Source: a bacterium (lineage in GTDB: Bacteria; Zhuqueibacterota; Zhuqueibacteria; Residuimicrobiales; Krinioviventaceae). From it: DNA of 64,000 nt. Both the position numbers and the translations under genes were made by a program. Shown here in pieces: positions 20,345 to 30,797 of the stretch (position 1 is its first letter; the number at the start of each line of letters is the position of its first letter). The notes under the pieces are model-generated. The model did not search any database. It had not been told where the DNA came from and saw only the letters and a list, made by a program, of their open reading frames with translations. Where the stretch lies: NCBI GenBank assembly GCA_963693055.1, contig OY843751.1, forward strand, positions 4,608,001 to 4,672,000, written 5' to 3'.

Positions 20345-22282
20345 TTATTTCAATAACAGCATACGAATTATTTCTTGTTGTCCATTTACTGACAATACCG
20401 CAGTATAAATTCCACTCGAAACAGAATTTCCTGCTCTGTCTATCCCTCGCCAGTCTGTTGTATACGTTCCTGCTGCTAATGCTTCCGAAACAAGCGTTGT
20501 CACTTTTCTTCCTGTAACATCAAAAATATCCAATGTAATAAAGGTATTTTGAGAAATTGTATATTGAATAACAGTTCCCGCATTAAATGGATTTGGGTAA
20601 TTGTTAAACAATTTCCACCCATCCGGATTCATATATTTTTCATCAATTGTAGTATTTGTGGAATTGTCAACACTAGCAGAGACGCCGGCAATTTCAACAG
20701 GAGCTTTATCCATAGCTTGATAAAATACGGAAAAACCTCCAACCTTTTCAGTATCATAAGCATTCAAATCCGCAACAAAGCGAGGTTCCAGGGTCTGGTA
20801 ATACATAGTCACTGAAATATTGTAATTCGTCACCGTATTATCAACATGCATCTTGTATGTAATATAATCACTCCCGGCTCCTTCCTGTCCATCATCATAA
20901 ATATTAAAATTATTATCAGTTAATGCATTTCCACAGATGGCAATATCATTATAATGTTCAACTGTGCTCATGAATCCTGTGGGTGGAATACGATTATCTT
21001 TGGCGTATTCTGCTCCCCGCAGCAAGGTATAGGTAACATCCCCATTTATATCTTTCATAATTGCCTGGTAAATTTGTACCTGATTTGGTTGTCTAATCAC
21101 ATCATGATGAGGTTCATAACCGTCATCAATGCCTGACAGCTCACCATTTTCATCCGGTTTCCCGGATTCGAAAACAATATTTTCATTATGATCTTGAATG
21201 ACAACATGCAACCATGCCCGGCGACTGGGAAATCCGGTGGGGAACTTGTGCCCTGCAAGATTTTCAACAAGCACCCGGATTACCAGGGTATCATCATCAA
21301 TTCGGGCTGTTGCAGATAAATTAACAGACTGCTGCTGTAACAGCCTTTTTGATTTACTCAAAGTACTGTCAAAATTTTGTATTGTTGCCGTTGCGCCAAG
21401 AACATCCAGATTATCTCTTATCAAGGTATTCATAAATATATTACCACCCACAAAATCATGCCCCCAGATGGGTGAACGCTTTGTTGTAAGTGACGGAGGC
21501 CTTGTTGAGATGAGCATCGGTTCTTCTGTAACCGGCATATGACAGGTCTGACATTCAACAGACTCGCCGGGAAAGCTGCTGTTTTCCCATTCCAGATAAG
21601 GTGTCTGTTCCGGGAAATAACCAGCCACCCGGCCTGCGTCATCCACAAAAGGTGTATACAAGGTATGACATGTGGCACATAATTCTGACTTGTGTACATG
21701 CTCAGAATATAAAGGGGTATACCCTGTCATATTAAACATCGGCATTGTTGTTGGATTAGTAAAAGGGCCAAATATGGAATGCGCATTGGTAATATCGTAC
21801 CCCCCGGTAAAACTGGTCTCTGTACCTAAATTGGAATTTTGGATTTGATGACAGAGCGTGCAGCTCACTCCATCCATACTCAAGGGATCAGACAAACCTT
21901 CATCAAATGTAAATCCCTCTGCCCTTATAATAACTGATTCTGTACGTCCCATTGGCATATGACAGGTTGTGCATTTATCCTCAATCACCGCTTGCAATGC
22001 GGGATGGGCTGCAACCTCGGCACTGACTTTTGCCTGCCAGAGTGGGTCTCGTGAAGCATTGGCCATCATGGTTGAGCGCCAAAACGTCGTGGGTGATACA
22101 TCATTTCCACTCTGTGTTGTAAATGCATTTCCATCAAAAATATGACATTGGGCGCAATTACCAGAGCCGGAAAAATGTGTAGAAGTAGAAATTGGCAAAG
22201 CTTGAGAATAAATTGAAAGCGAAAAGAAAAATAAAATTGAAAGAATAATGGGCAGGATTTTGAAAAAATGCATTTTTTTCAT
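20345..22282 (-). CDS. Secreted pentaheme c-type cytochrome with FlgD/T9SS-type CTD
   Basis: Signal peptide; five CxxCH (CAQCH, CTTCH, CTLCH, CATCH, CQTCH); GHKFPTG; NYPNPFN...WRG...SSGIY...MLLLK. Confidence 0.88.
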   Translation of the reverse strand: MKKMHFFKILPIILSILFFFSLSIYSQALPISTSTHFSGSGNCAQCHIFDGNAFTTQSGNDVSPTTFWRSTMMANASRDPLWQAKVSAEVAAHPALQAVIEDKCTTCHMPMGRTESVIIRAEGFTFDEGLSDPLSMDGVSCTLCHQIQNSNLGTETSFTGGYDITNAHSIFGPFTNPTTMPMFNMTGYTPLYSEHVHKSELCATCHTLYTPFVDDAGRVAGYFPEQTPYLEWENSSFPGESVECQTCHMPVTEEPMLISTRPPSLTTKRSPIWGHDFVGGNIFMNTLIRDNLDVLGATATIQNFDSTLSKSKRLLQQQSVNLSATARIDDDTLVIRVLVENLAGHKFPTGFPSRRAWLHVVIQDHNENIVFESGKPDENGELSGIDDGYEPHHDVIRQPNQVQIYQAIMKDINGDVTYTLLRGAEYAKDNRIPPTGFMSTVEHYNDIAICGNALTDNNFNIYDDGQEGAGSDYITYKMHVDNTVTNYNISVTMYYQTLEPRFVADLNAYDTEKVGGFSVFYQAMDKAPVEIAGVSASVDNSTNTTIDEKYMNPDGWKLFNNYPNPFNAGTVIQYTISQNTFITLDIFDVTGRKVTTLVSEALAAGTYTTDWRGIDRAGNSVSSGIYTAVLSVNGQQEIIRMLLLK

Positions 22283-22358
22283 CTTTGTGATCTCCAGTTC
22301 AATTTCAACACATAATTTTTAAACATGGTCACAATTTAATTTCTATTTATATCAAGAT

Positions 22359-22375
22359 AGCAACTTCTATTCCAG
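22359..22375 (-). promoter_or_regulatory. Putative sigma54 (-24/-12) promoter of the cytochrome gene
   Basis: Minus strand CTGGAATAGAAGTTGCT = GG-N10-GC, resembling TGGCAC-N5-TTGCW. Confidence 0.55.
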
Positions 22376-22675
22376 AATCAATCTAAATATATATTTTTAT
22401 GTTAATTAACCATAAAATATTCAAGTCAGATTTATTCATTCATTTCGTTACCAGTAACTTGCAATCTCAAAAAAACAGGCATTTTTTCATCTTTTATGGA
22501 ATTGATTTCACAATCCAATGGTCTAATGGGTGTTTAATGATGGTTAAATCCGGTAGAATTAACCGATAAACTTTTATTAAAATCCATCACAAAATCAAGA
22601 TATCTGCAAACATCAGGCAACGTAATTATTCAAAAACCCCAACCCATCAACAAAATAAAAGGGAGACCCAATATC

Positions 22676-23356
22676 ATGCTTAAGGAATCGACAAGGCCCA
22701 CACTTTTTAAAATTTTGTATATACTATTGTTTTCCCTGGCCGTGTTCTCATTTGTCAATTGCAGCGACGATGATCTCGTTGGCGATTGGACAGAGCTGTC
22801 TGATCTCGATGGAAACGAATGGACCAAAATCATCAGCATTGAGGGTAGTAAGCGTAAAGATGCGGTAGCCTTTGTTGTTGATGGTTTAGGTTATGTGTGC
22901 ACAGGAATAGCAAATGGTTCATATGAAGATGACTTTTGGGCGTATGATCCTCAGGCAGGTAACTGGGTCAAAAAACGTGATATTTATAATGTCTCTGACA
23001 ACGAATACGATGATGATTATACCAACATTATTGGTACCAACAAAGTTGCTTTTTCTGTAAATGGCAAAGGTTATGTTGCTACCGGTGGTCTGAGTTCAAC
23101 CGGTACTGCTGTTTGGGAATATAATCCCGAAACAGATTTATGGACTCAAAAAACCTCACTTGAAGCCACCTCACGTCTCGATGCAGTTGGCTTCACAATT
23201 GGTGATATTGGTTACATAGCCACAGGTAAAGACGGCAGTGCTGAGGATGATGACTTTGACGACCTGTGGGGATTCAAGCCCGGAGCTACACAGGTAGATC
23301 TGAATAAAATTATTGTCGTAGACAATAGCAGTTCTATGCTTATCGTCAATAATTAA
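22676..23356 (+). CDS. Kelch-repeat lipoprotein, apparently with an internal deletion
   Basis: Lipobox VNC followed by SDDD; kelch blades (AVAF...GYV.TG...DFWAYDP); only ~3 blades, jumping from SDLDG straight to NEWTK. Confidence 0.7.
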   Translation: MLKESTRPTLFKILYILLFSLAVFSFVNCSDDDLVGDWTELSDLDGNEWTKIISIEGSKRKDAVAFVVDGLGYVCTGIANGSYEDDFWAYDPQAGNWVKKRDIYNVSDNEYDDDYTNIIGTNKVAFSVNGKGYVATGGLSSTGTAVWEYNPETDLWTQKTSLEATSRLDAVGFTIGDIGYIATGKDGSAEDDDFDDLWGFKPGATQVDLNKIIVVDNSSSMLIVNN

Positions 23357-23438
23357 AATCTGGCCGGCCTGTGCAATCAATACACACAGGCCCCGGTTCC
23401 AGATCAAAAAAACCGATTCATTCTAAAATGAGACTTTT

Positions 23439-24681
23439 ATGAATATAAAGATAAAACAGGTACCCGGTTTTGCAGCGATAGTTTATATTCTGCATACCTT
23501 GATATTGTTCAGTTCCGGATTTTTCTTTCCTGTTCCAAAGATTCGGATACCTCTATGGGTTCAGATTATGTCAATTCACAAACCGGGTACCAGTTGATTG
23601 ACACATTGTCTGTAAACCTCTCCACAATCATCATAGATACACTCAAGGCTCCAAGCTCGGGCAGCATTCTTTTGGGACACCATAGTGATGAAACTTTTGG
23701 AGATGTTTCTTGCAGCAGTTTTTTTCAATTGGGAATTCCGGATACATTGAATATTGAAACGACAGACACATATGACTCACTTGCATTGGTGCTTACCTAC
23801 AACAAATATGCTTATGGAGACACTACACTTTTACAGAAAATTTTGGTCCACCAATTAACCGAGGTTATAGATGAAAAAGACTCGCTCATTACCAATCAAA
23901 CCACTTACGAGTATAATCCCAATCCTATTGGCTCAATTGTCTACACACCTTCTCCTAATAATCCTGTAGACACATTGGTAATAAGAATAGACGATGCAAT
24001 TGGTCGTGATTTGTACACAAAAATCATTCAGGAAAATTCTATTGTTACCAATATAAATGATTTCATCGACTATTTTAAAGGACTCGCACTCATTGTTGAT
24101 GATGCATACAAAGGCTGCATTGTAGGATTTGAAGGCGATGTAGGAAAAGTCAAGCTATCGTTTTTCACTACCCGAAAGGCGTATGATACGGAACACCTGG
24201 TTCATGAATTCAGTCTTTACAATACCTCAAAGCAATTCAATCATATTACACATGATTTTAGTACTACACAATTGAGCGCACTGATTAATCAGAAAAACCC
24301 GCTTCCAAGTACTGAGACCAATGGTCTGGCGTATTTGTATGGTGGAATTGGTCTTGCTATCCGGGTAGATTATCCATCACTGGGAGACTTCTATACCTTG
24401 ATCGCGGAAAGATACTAAAAGCAACACTCTCACTTGCCCCCCTAAAGGGCAGTTATAATGAATATGACCTGCCATCACAGATATATATTTATGAGGCAGA
24501 TATTCTCAACAACTATGATTATACCGGCAATCATTATTCTTCTTACCAGTATTTAGACAATCTCTATCATGAGGAAACCTATTATACTTTTGATTTAACC
24601 GGTTTTATCACTGATAAAGTATCCGATTCTTATATTGATCCTGACAGAGGTCAATTCTGCGGCTGTAAACATAGGTATTAG
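23439..24681 (+). pseudogene. DUF4270-family lipoprotein with two -1 frameshifts and a 3' truncation
   Basis: One base added at T-run 23520-23524 restores signal and lipobox (FLSC) in frame with 23555; a second shift near 24390 continues GKILKATLSLAP...YTFDLTGFI; ILLGH.SDE.FG, YDSL.LVL.Y motifs. Confidence 0.7.
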
Positions 24682-24829
24682 AATTCCCTGGAACCGAATC
24701 AACATTCTCAATCTTGCTCTGGAGTATGGGCAGGAAGGCACACTGAACCGTGAGCTGATCAAAGACAATTACTTTCAAGTATACCTCAACCTCACCATCC
24801 ACGATTTTTGGAATGTTCGCAAAAGATAA
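24650..24829 (+). pseudogene. C-terminal remnant of a FadL/OmpP1-like beta-barrel
   Basis: IGIRIP...LNLALEYGQEGTL...LIKDNY...LNLTIHDFW resembles the last strands of the porin usually found with DUF4270; no N-terminus. Confidence 0.6.
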
Positions 24830-24830
24830 T

Positions 24831-24870
24831 AAAAAAAGGGATTGAGCCAATTTTGCTCAATCCCTTTTTT
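24831..24870. terminator. Bidirectional intrinsic terminator
   Basis: AAAAAAAGGGATTGAGC...GCTCAATCCCTTTTTT between convergent genes. Confidence 0.85.
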
Positions 24871-24892
24871 AACAAATGCACTAAACTAGAAA

Positions 24893-25257
24893 TCAATTTA
24901 TAGGTAACATTCTAATTCTATGTTTGTTGTCATCAATGCTTACAATCGCGCCTTTTTCTAAAAATTCTTTTGAGGAATCTAGAACAAATAATAATCGTCC
25001 ATTTACATTTTCTGGTTTAGCATTAGATAAACGCAATAAAATCACACTTGGCAGTTTTCCCCGGATGCGGCCATAAAGTCCGTAAAATCAAGGTCAAACG
25101 TTAAAACGGATCTATTTTCTTTTATGGCAATATCAAGAATTTCAGTATCAGTAGCTTTCTGCAATCCTCTATCCCGGACATGTAAAATATCACATTTATG
25201 AACACGTAAAAAATTTACTGTACTTGATGAAATACACATATCGGCGAGAAATTTCAC
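24893..25257 (-). pseudogene. DUF5615 PIN-like toxin with a -1 frameshift near 25055-25062
   Basis: MKFLADM...D.EIL..A..E.R.VLTFDLDF; one added base gives EKLPSVILLRL...GAIVSI...RIRMLPIN*. Confidence 0.8.
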
Positions 25258-25490
25258 ACCAAAGCCTCGGGTGTAGTGACAATTTCATCCATTGCTAAAT
25301 AAGCTGCATATTTGAGACATTGTTGAATATCAAGTGGGTCCAAATCAGAATATTCACGCAATATTTCTTCATTCGTTAAACCGTTTGCCAACAAATTCAG
25401 TACCATAGATACAGTAATTCGCATTCCCCTTATACACGCTTTTCCCCCCATAATATGTTTATTGAATGTTATTCTATCCAAAGTGTTCAT
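25254..25490 (-). CDS. DUF433 antitoxin-like protein
   Basis: RITFNKHIMGGKACIRGMRITV...EEILREY..L...DI..CL.YAA; GTGA overlap with the toxin gene. Confidence 0.9.
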   Translation of the reverse strand: MNTLDRITFNKHIMGGKACIRGMRITVSMVLNLLANGLTNEEILREYSDLDPLDIQQCLKYAAYLAMDEIVTTPEALV

Positions 25491-25566
25491 TACATATCTC
25501 CACAACTTGTTTACTGTAACATAAAAAGTTATATCAGATAATGTTAATATTTTTCTAAATAGGTCA

Positions 25567-26814
25567 TTAAATCTTTCCACAGCACTTTTTATATTTCTTT
25601 CCGCTGCCACAGGGACAGGGATCGTTACGTCCTACGTCGGCATGATCTTTACGTATAGTTTTTGTCTTTTGCGGCTCCTTCATGCCCCGCTCAATCATCC
25701 ACGCATCCGCCATTTCACGCAATTTTGTATCTGCATGTTCGAAAAACATTTTATAAGATTGACAAAACTGGTTTGAGCCACCGGTTTCAGGGTTCCCGGA
25801 CCGGTCTTTGGGGCATCCGCCATAACAGTGATTCAACCATTTACAGGTTTCACATTCGAGGGGCCGTTTCAATTTTTCCGCGCCAAACATATTTTGCAAT
25901 GGAGAGTTTAGCAAATCACCCAGATTATCATCCTCAAGTGTACCCAGCTTCCATTCAGGATCTACAAAAAAATCACAGGAATAGACATCACCATTATGTT
26001 CTATAACAGTATATATACCGCATTCTTTTAGCAGGGTACATTCAGGTGCATCATAACCAACATAGGTGTAAAATAATGAATCAAACCATCGTACCGATGT
26101 AGTGGGCATGCCCATTCTAAAATCACTTTGCCATAAATCAAAAATCTTGCACAAGAACTCACCAAAAGCCTCGGGCGTTACGGTATAGGGTGCCGCCTTT
26201 CCGGGATTCAAGGGATCGGGCTCCACACAGGGTATAAATTGCATGTGAGAGAGACCACCCTTTTTATGAAAATCATAGATCTCTTCCGGATATTGAACAG
26301 AATAGTCATTCACAACCACGAGTGCATTCACCTCGGTTCCCACCTCCAGCATAACATTTCGGGCCTTAACAACACGCTCCCAACTGGATTTACCACTGGG
26401 GAATTTGCGGTACTGATCGTGAATATGCTGTGGACCGTCGAGTGATAAACCCACCAGAAACTGTGCGTCTTTGAGAAACCGGGCCCACTCTTTATTGATT
26501 AACACACCATTGGTTTGCAGCCCGTTTCCAACGACCTGCCCCTGCCTGCCATATTTACGCTGATATTCAACAGCTTTTTGATAAAATTCCAATCCCATCA
26601 GAGTGGGTTCGCCACCCTGCCACCCAAAAGAAACACTTTGTCCACCCTGCTGCATAACCTGACGGACCATTTCTTTCAATGTCTCATCCGACATGCGATG
26701 TACCTTTTGAGCTGCAAACATGTCAGCCTTTTCAAGATAAAAGCAATACGTACACCCCAGGTTACAGTCAGGACCAGCAGGTTTAACAAGTACAGAACTC
26801 AGTGTCTTTTTCAT
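25567..26814 (-). CDS. Anaerobic sulfatase-maturating enzyme (radical SAM/SPASM) with C-terminal SEC-C motif
   Basis: [40 protein letters not shown] cysteines, [18 protein letters not shown]. Confidence 0.92.
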   Translation of the reverse strand: MKKTLSSVLVKPAGPDCNLGCTYCFYLEKADMFAAQKVHRMSDETLKEMVRQVMQQGGQSVSFGWQGGEPTLMGLEFYQKAVEYQRKYGRQGQVVGNGLQTNGVLINKEWARFLKDAQFLVGLSLDGPQHIHDQYRKFPSGKSSWERVVKARNVMLEVGTEVNALVVVNDYSVQYPEEIYDFHKKGGLSHMQFIPCVEPDPLNPGKAAPYTVTPEAFGEFLCKIFDLWQSDFRMGMPTTSVRWFDSLFYTYVGYDAPECTLLKECGIYTVIEHNGDVYSCDFFVDPEWKLGTLEDDNLGDLLNSPLQNMFGAEKLKRPLECETCKWLNHCYGGCPKDRSGNPETGGSNQFCQSYKMFFEHADTKLREMADAWMIERGMKEPQKTKTIRKDHADVGRNDPCPCGSGKKYKKCCGKI

Positions 26815-26830
26815 AATGGGCCTTGGTGAT

Positions 26831-27994
26831 TTATTCAAAATGTGATTTAAAATTCTCTAACAGTTTGTTTAAAACCAATATACCTTGCTCTAATTGAGCG
26901 GTTTCAATAAATTCATCTTCTGTATGGGCCTGCTGCATGTCTCCCACGCCCCATAACAAAGTGTCATAACCGGCACCACTAAACTGTCCGGCATCAGAAT
27001 ACCAGGGTGCGGTTCGTAACACGTGCTCAACTTCCATAGCCTCAAGAGTTTCCTGCAACAATGGCAGTAACCGGGAATCCTCTTTTAATGCAAAGGGCGG
27101 ATATAAAAGGATTTCATTGTATTCTGCACCCCTGACAGTATTGATAAAATTCAACAGACTGCTTTTATATCCCTCAATATCCGAACCCGGACCATAACGG
27201 CAATCTACCGTCACTTCACAACTGTTGGGTATAATATTGATAGCATCTCCCCCTTTAACCAGGGTCATACTCAATGCGTTCCCATCTGTACTTTCAATAA
27301 CGGATTTCAAATCTGATTTTAAAAAATGCATAACATCTGTCATGATATCAATTGCATTGCTTCCCAAATGTGGCGTTGAAGAATGACAGGATTTTCCGGT
27401 TGTCTGGATTTGAAATCGCCACGTTCCATTATGACCGGTAACAATATCCATATTGGTAGGTTCTCCGGACAGCACCATATCCAAAGGTATGGGTCTACGC
27501 ACTAAATCTTTAGCGCCAAATGTACCGCCTTCTTCTCCCATAGTAGCCAAAAAGATCAGGTTAAAAGGCAAATCCTCATACTGGTGTTTTTCAAACCAGT
27601 TTAACATTGCAGTAATCATAACAGCCATCGTACCTTTAACATCTGTTGCACCACGTCCGTACAAGTAACCATTACGGATCTCGGCTCCAAATGGAGAAAT
27701 TGTCATACCCTCGGTACTGACGGTATCCAAATGCGCTTCAAAAGCAAGTGTAGGTAAACCCGGAACAAAAGTCTGGTGCCGGGCCATCATATTGGAGCGT
27801 TTCCCGTCAACGGGGAACAAATTGACCTGAAAATTAAAATTTTCAAAATATTGTTTCAGCCATTGTGCTAAAAAGGCCTCGCCCATCCCGGTTTCACCAT
27901 GGTCAGCGGTGGGGACTGAATTAATTTTAACCAGCTCTACAGCAAGATCAACAACATTTAATATTTCATGATAAATGCACAAACATCTGGCCAT
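26831..27994 (-). CDS. M20 metallopeptidase (ArgE/DapE-like)
   Basis: [36 protein letters not shown]. Confidence 0.9.
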   Translation of the reverse strand: MARCLCIYHEILNVVDLAVELVKINSVPTADHGETGMGEAFLAQWLKQYFENFNFQVNLFPVDGKRSNMMARHQTFVPGLPTLAFEAHLDTVSTEGMTISPFGAEIRNGYLYGRGATDVKGTMAVMITAMLNWFEKHQYEDLPFNLIFLATMGEEGGTFGAKDLVRRPIPLDMVLSGEPTNMDIVTGHNGTWRFQIQTTGKSCHSSTPHLGSNAIDIMTDVMHFLKSDLKSVIESTDGNALSMTLVKGGDAINIIPNSCEVTVDCRYGPGSDIEGYKSSLLNFINTVRGAEYNEILLYPPFALKEDSRLLPLLQETLEAMEVEHVLRTAPWYSDAGQFSGAGYDTLLWGVGDMQQAHTEDEFIETAQLEQGILVLNKLLENFKSHFE

Positions 27995-28030
27995 TTATTG
28001 CATTCTTTCCTTATGTTAAGATGATAAATT

Positions 28031-30241
28031 TTATTTTCGCAGTATCATACCGCTTGAAGGTGGTATTGTCAGAGATTTTACCTTGATGTCACAAATAGGT
28101 TGGGTGCCCGCGTATTCATGATCTACAACAAGGCACCAGTCTCCTTTGAGAAGATCAACAGCAATACTTTTTTCAGTATTACCATTCAGATATACCAAAA
28201 AATCATTCGTATCACCGGTTTCTGCCTTGTGGAACATGCAACTCACAAACAAAGGATCAGGATGTTCAAAAAACTCTATATTTTCTTCATCACTTTTCCG
28301 AAAAACAGGGTGCTCATGTCTTAAACTTATCAGACCTTTATAATAATCAAAAAGCTCACGATTGATCTCTGCATGTTCAAAATTGATCCAGTTGGTCTCA
28401 TTGTCCTTGTTATAGCTGTTGTGATCAATCCTGCCCATGTGGCTATCAGGAACAAGCGTGGGAGCAATCACCTTGCTGCGAGCAAATTCTTGTCCCTCGC
28501 TGATCATTACAGGCCCCTGACATATCATAAGGATCAATGCACCAAACTTGTTCAATGTCAGTTGTTCAGGCGTCAATAATACCTGATTCGGTGTTCCCGC
28601 AACTACCTTATCATAAAAGGCTTGCCTTAGCCCCAGCCTTACAAAATCACCAAAAGTGTGATCATCATGAGATTCTAGATAGTTAATTGAATGACGTTTG
28701 TCCTGAAACAAACCACCATTATTAACAAGATTTCCGGTTATATATCGTTGTATGGTACTTTTATTATTAAATTCAAAATAATGTCCAAAAATATAGCCCA
28801 AACCATTATCCGGATTTTGGCCTTTTACACCATTCCTCACCTGATCGTTCCAGGCGGCCCAGCCATGTTCAGAAAATTCGGAAGGATTGTAATATCCGCC
28901 ACCCCAGGGTTCAGCTATCAAATGTACGTTTGGATTTATTTTAGTTGCTTCCTCACGGATCAGATCCACAGTTTCCATATCAATCATGGCCGCCAGATCG
29001 AATCTAAAACCATCAATATGATATTCACGCATCCAATACTTTATACAGTCCACAATCATTTTACGCGACATGGCGCGTTCTGTCTTGAAATCATTACCGC
29101 AGCCGCTTGCCGAACAATAGCTGTTATCATCATTCAACCGGAAATAATAGTGTTTATCAATATGCTTGAATGGATTTCGATCATATTGTGAGACATGATT
29201 AAAAACAACATCCAGAATAACTGCAATACCGTCCTTATGGCATGCTTTTACAACCTCTTTAAACTCGGAAACCTGTTTACCATCTAATCCATTGACGTTT
29301 CCTTCTATCATTGTTCCATTGGAAGCATAATAAGATTCAGGAGCAAAAAAATAAGAGGTCATATACCCCCAGTGATTACGGGCATAAGGATTCCAGGTAT
29401 TGGTACTGCCATTTAAATTCTTACCATAAGGATGCTCCATATTACCAAACTCTTGCAATGGCAAAAATTCTACAGTATTCATGCCCAAAGACTTTATATA
29501 CTCTAATCCACCTTTAATTCCAGATTGGATAAAGCCTTTATAACTGCCTTTTATTTTCTCATCCACGCCAGAACTTTTATGCGCTGTCATGTCACGCAGA
29601 TGGCATTCATAGATCATTAAATCTTCAGGAGCAATAGAAACAGGCTTGTCGTTTTCCCAGTCAAATTCATCCGTTTCCATTATCAGCGATTTACCGGGAT
29701 GTAAATACTCATTACGCGTAGCCACTACTTTGCTATATGGATCACAAATCAGAGTGTTTGCATCAAAATATTCCATTCCGTCAACCGGTCGGTCCAGTTT
29801 ATATCCATAAAAGTAGCCTAAATAGTTACCCGGTAAACGGACTTCCCAAACGCCATCGCTATGACGATGCATTTCATGCACCGCACCTTTTTGCTGTTCA
29901 AAAGTCTCAAACAGTTCGAGTTTTACCCACTTGGCACGGGGGGCAAATACTCGAAAAAAAGTCTCACGATGGTCCCAAAAGCATCCCAATTCACTGGCAG
30001 AATAAATCCGGTCAAAAACATCACCGGTTTCCACCAATATTTGATTACCTTTGAATTTTAATTTATATGTTGTTGCTAAATTTATTGATTCTGTACGTAA
30101 AACAATTGCATCATCACGGTTCTCAATTGAAAATATTTTCAAACCAGGTGCAAAAACAAAATCCTGTACTTTACACTCGGGTATTTCATCAGCAAAATAA
30201 ATCCAAATTTGGTCAAAATCTTGTATTTTGGCAGTCATCAC
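28031..30241 (-). CDS. GH13 type I pullulanase/debranching enzyme with CBM48
   Basis: FRVFAP, DPYSK, IYECHLRD, HWGY, DVVFNH, GFRFDL, AEPW, ESHDD. Confidence 0.9.
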   Translation of the reverse strand: MMTAKIQDFDQIWIYFADEIPECKVQDFVFAPGLKIFSIENRDDAIVLRTESINLATTYKLKFKGNQILVETGDVFDRIYSASELGCFWDHRETFFRVFAPRAKWVKLELFETFEQQKGAVHEMHRHSDGVWEVRLPGNYLGYFYGYKLDRPVDGMEYFDANTLICDPYSKVVATRNEYLHPGKSLIMETDEFDWENDKPVSIAPEDLMIYECHLRDMTAHKSSGVDEKIKGSYKGFIQSGIKGGLEYIKSLGMNTVEFLPLQEFGNMEHPYGKNLNGSTNTWNPYARNHWGYMTSYFFAPESYYASNGTMIEGNVNGLDGKQVSEFKEVVKACHKDGIAVILDVVFNHVSQYDRNPFKHIDKHYYFRLNDDNSYCSASGCGNDFKTERAMSRKMIVDCIKYWMREYHIDGFRFDLAAMIDMETVDLIREEATKINPNVHLIAEPWGGGYYNPSEFSEHGWAAWNDQVRNGVKGQNPDNGLGYIFGHYFEFNNKSTIQRYITGNLVNNGGLFQDKRHSINYLESHDDHTFGDFVRLGLRQAFYDKVVAGTPNQVLLTPEQLTLNKFGALILMICQGPVMISEGQEFARSKVIAPTLVPDSHMGRIDHNSYNKDNETNWINFEHAEINRELFDYYKGLISLRHEHPVFRKSDEENIEFFEHPDPLFVSCMFHKAETGDTNDFLVYLNGNTEKSIAVDLLKGDWCLVVDHEYAGTQPICDIKVKSLTIPPSSGMILRK

Positions 30242-30343
30242 TCGCTATTTCTTTCTCTTAATCGATTTCAATTATTGAACCTCTGAAAAACACACATCAA
30301 TTCCGTAATTCCAAATGTAATCAATTTCAAATCTAAATGCAAT

Positions 30344-30784
30344 CTACTTGATTGTCAGTCCACAAGTTGTTTTACTATTTTCAGCAAACAACTCGTAATC
30401 TCTTGACAATAAAGAATCCATTCTTTCTATAAGCAAAAATCTTTCCAAAAGTTTTTCACCCAGCTCCCATGCGATGGCTTCGAAAGCAACTTTTTGCTCT
30501 CCTTTATCTATAGCTAACAGTTTATTGAATTCAGTCAGATTATCATCTTTTTTGTATGCTAACCATTGTAAAACATGGCCCGCTTCATGGAAGAGGAAAA
30601 ACAGAGCGTTACGCAAATCAAAACTGTCAGGATCATAATACACAACGATGGAATGTAATGGAGTATTGGGCGGATAATGCCAGGCTGTATTTTTTTGTAC
30701 CGGTACCAATTGAATTGACAAATCAGAAATTTCATCCCAGCATAAAAACGCTTTTGCCGATTTTAATGTAGAAAATGAGACCAT
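30344..30784 (-). CDS. Small HExxH metallopeptidase-like protein
   Basis: LFHEAGH and downstream EAIAW; likely start is ATG 30784 just after the C10 gene stop. Confidence 0.55.
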   Translation of the reverse strand: MVSFSTLKSAKAFLCWDEISDLSIQLVPVQKNTAWHYPPNTPLHSIVVYYDPDSFDLRNALFFLFHEAGHVLQWLAYKKDDNLTEFNKLLAIDKGEQKVAFEAIAWELGEKLLERFLLIERMDSLLSRDYELFAENSKTTCGLTIK

Positions 30785-30797
30785 AGCACCATCCGGA

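Noticed and set aside
25491-25610. N-terminal extension of the DUF433 ORF
   Set aside because: It overlaps the maturase 3' end; the domain starts at ATG 25490, which has a GGAG SD
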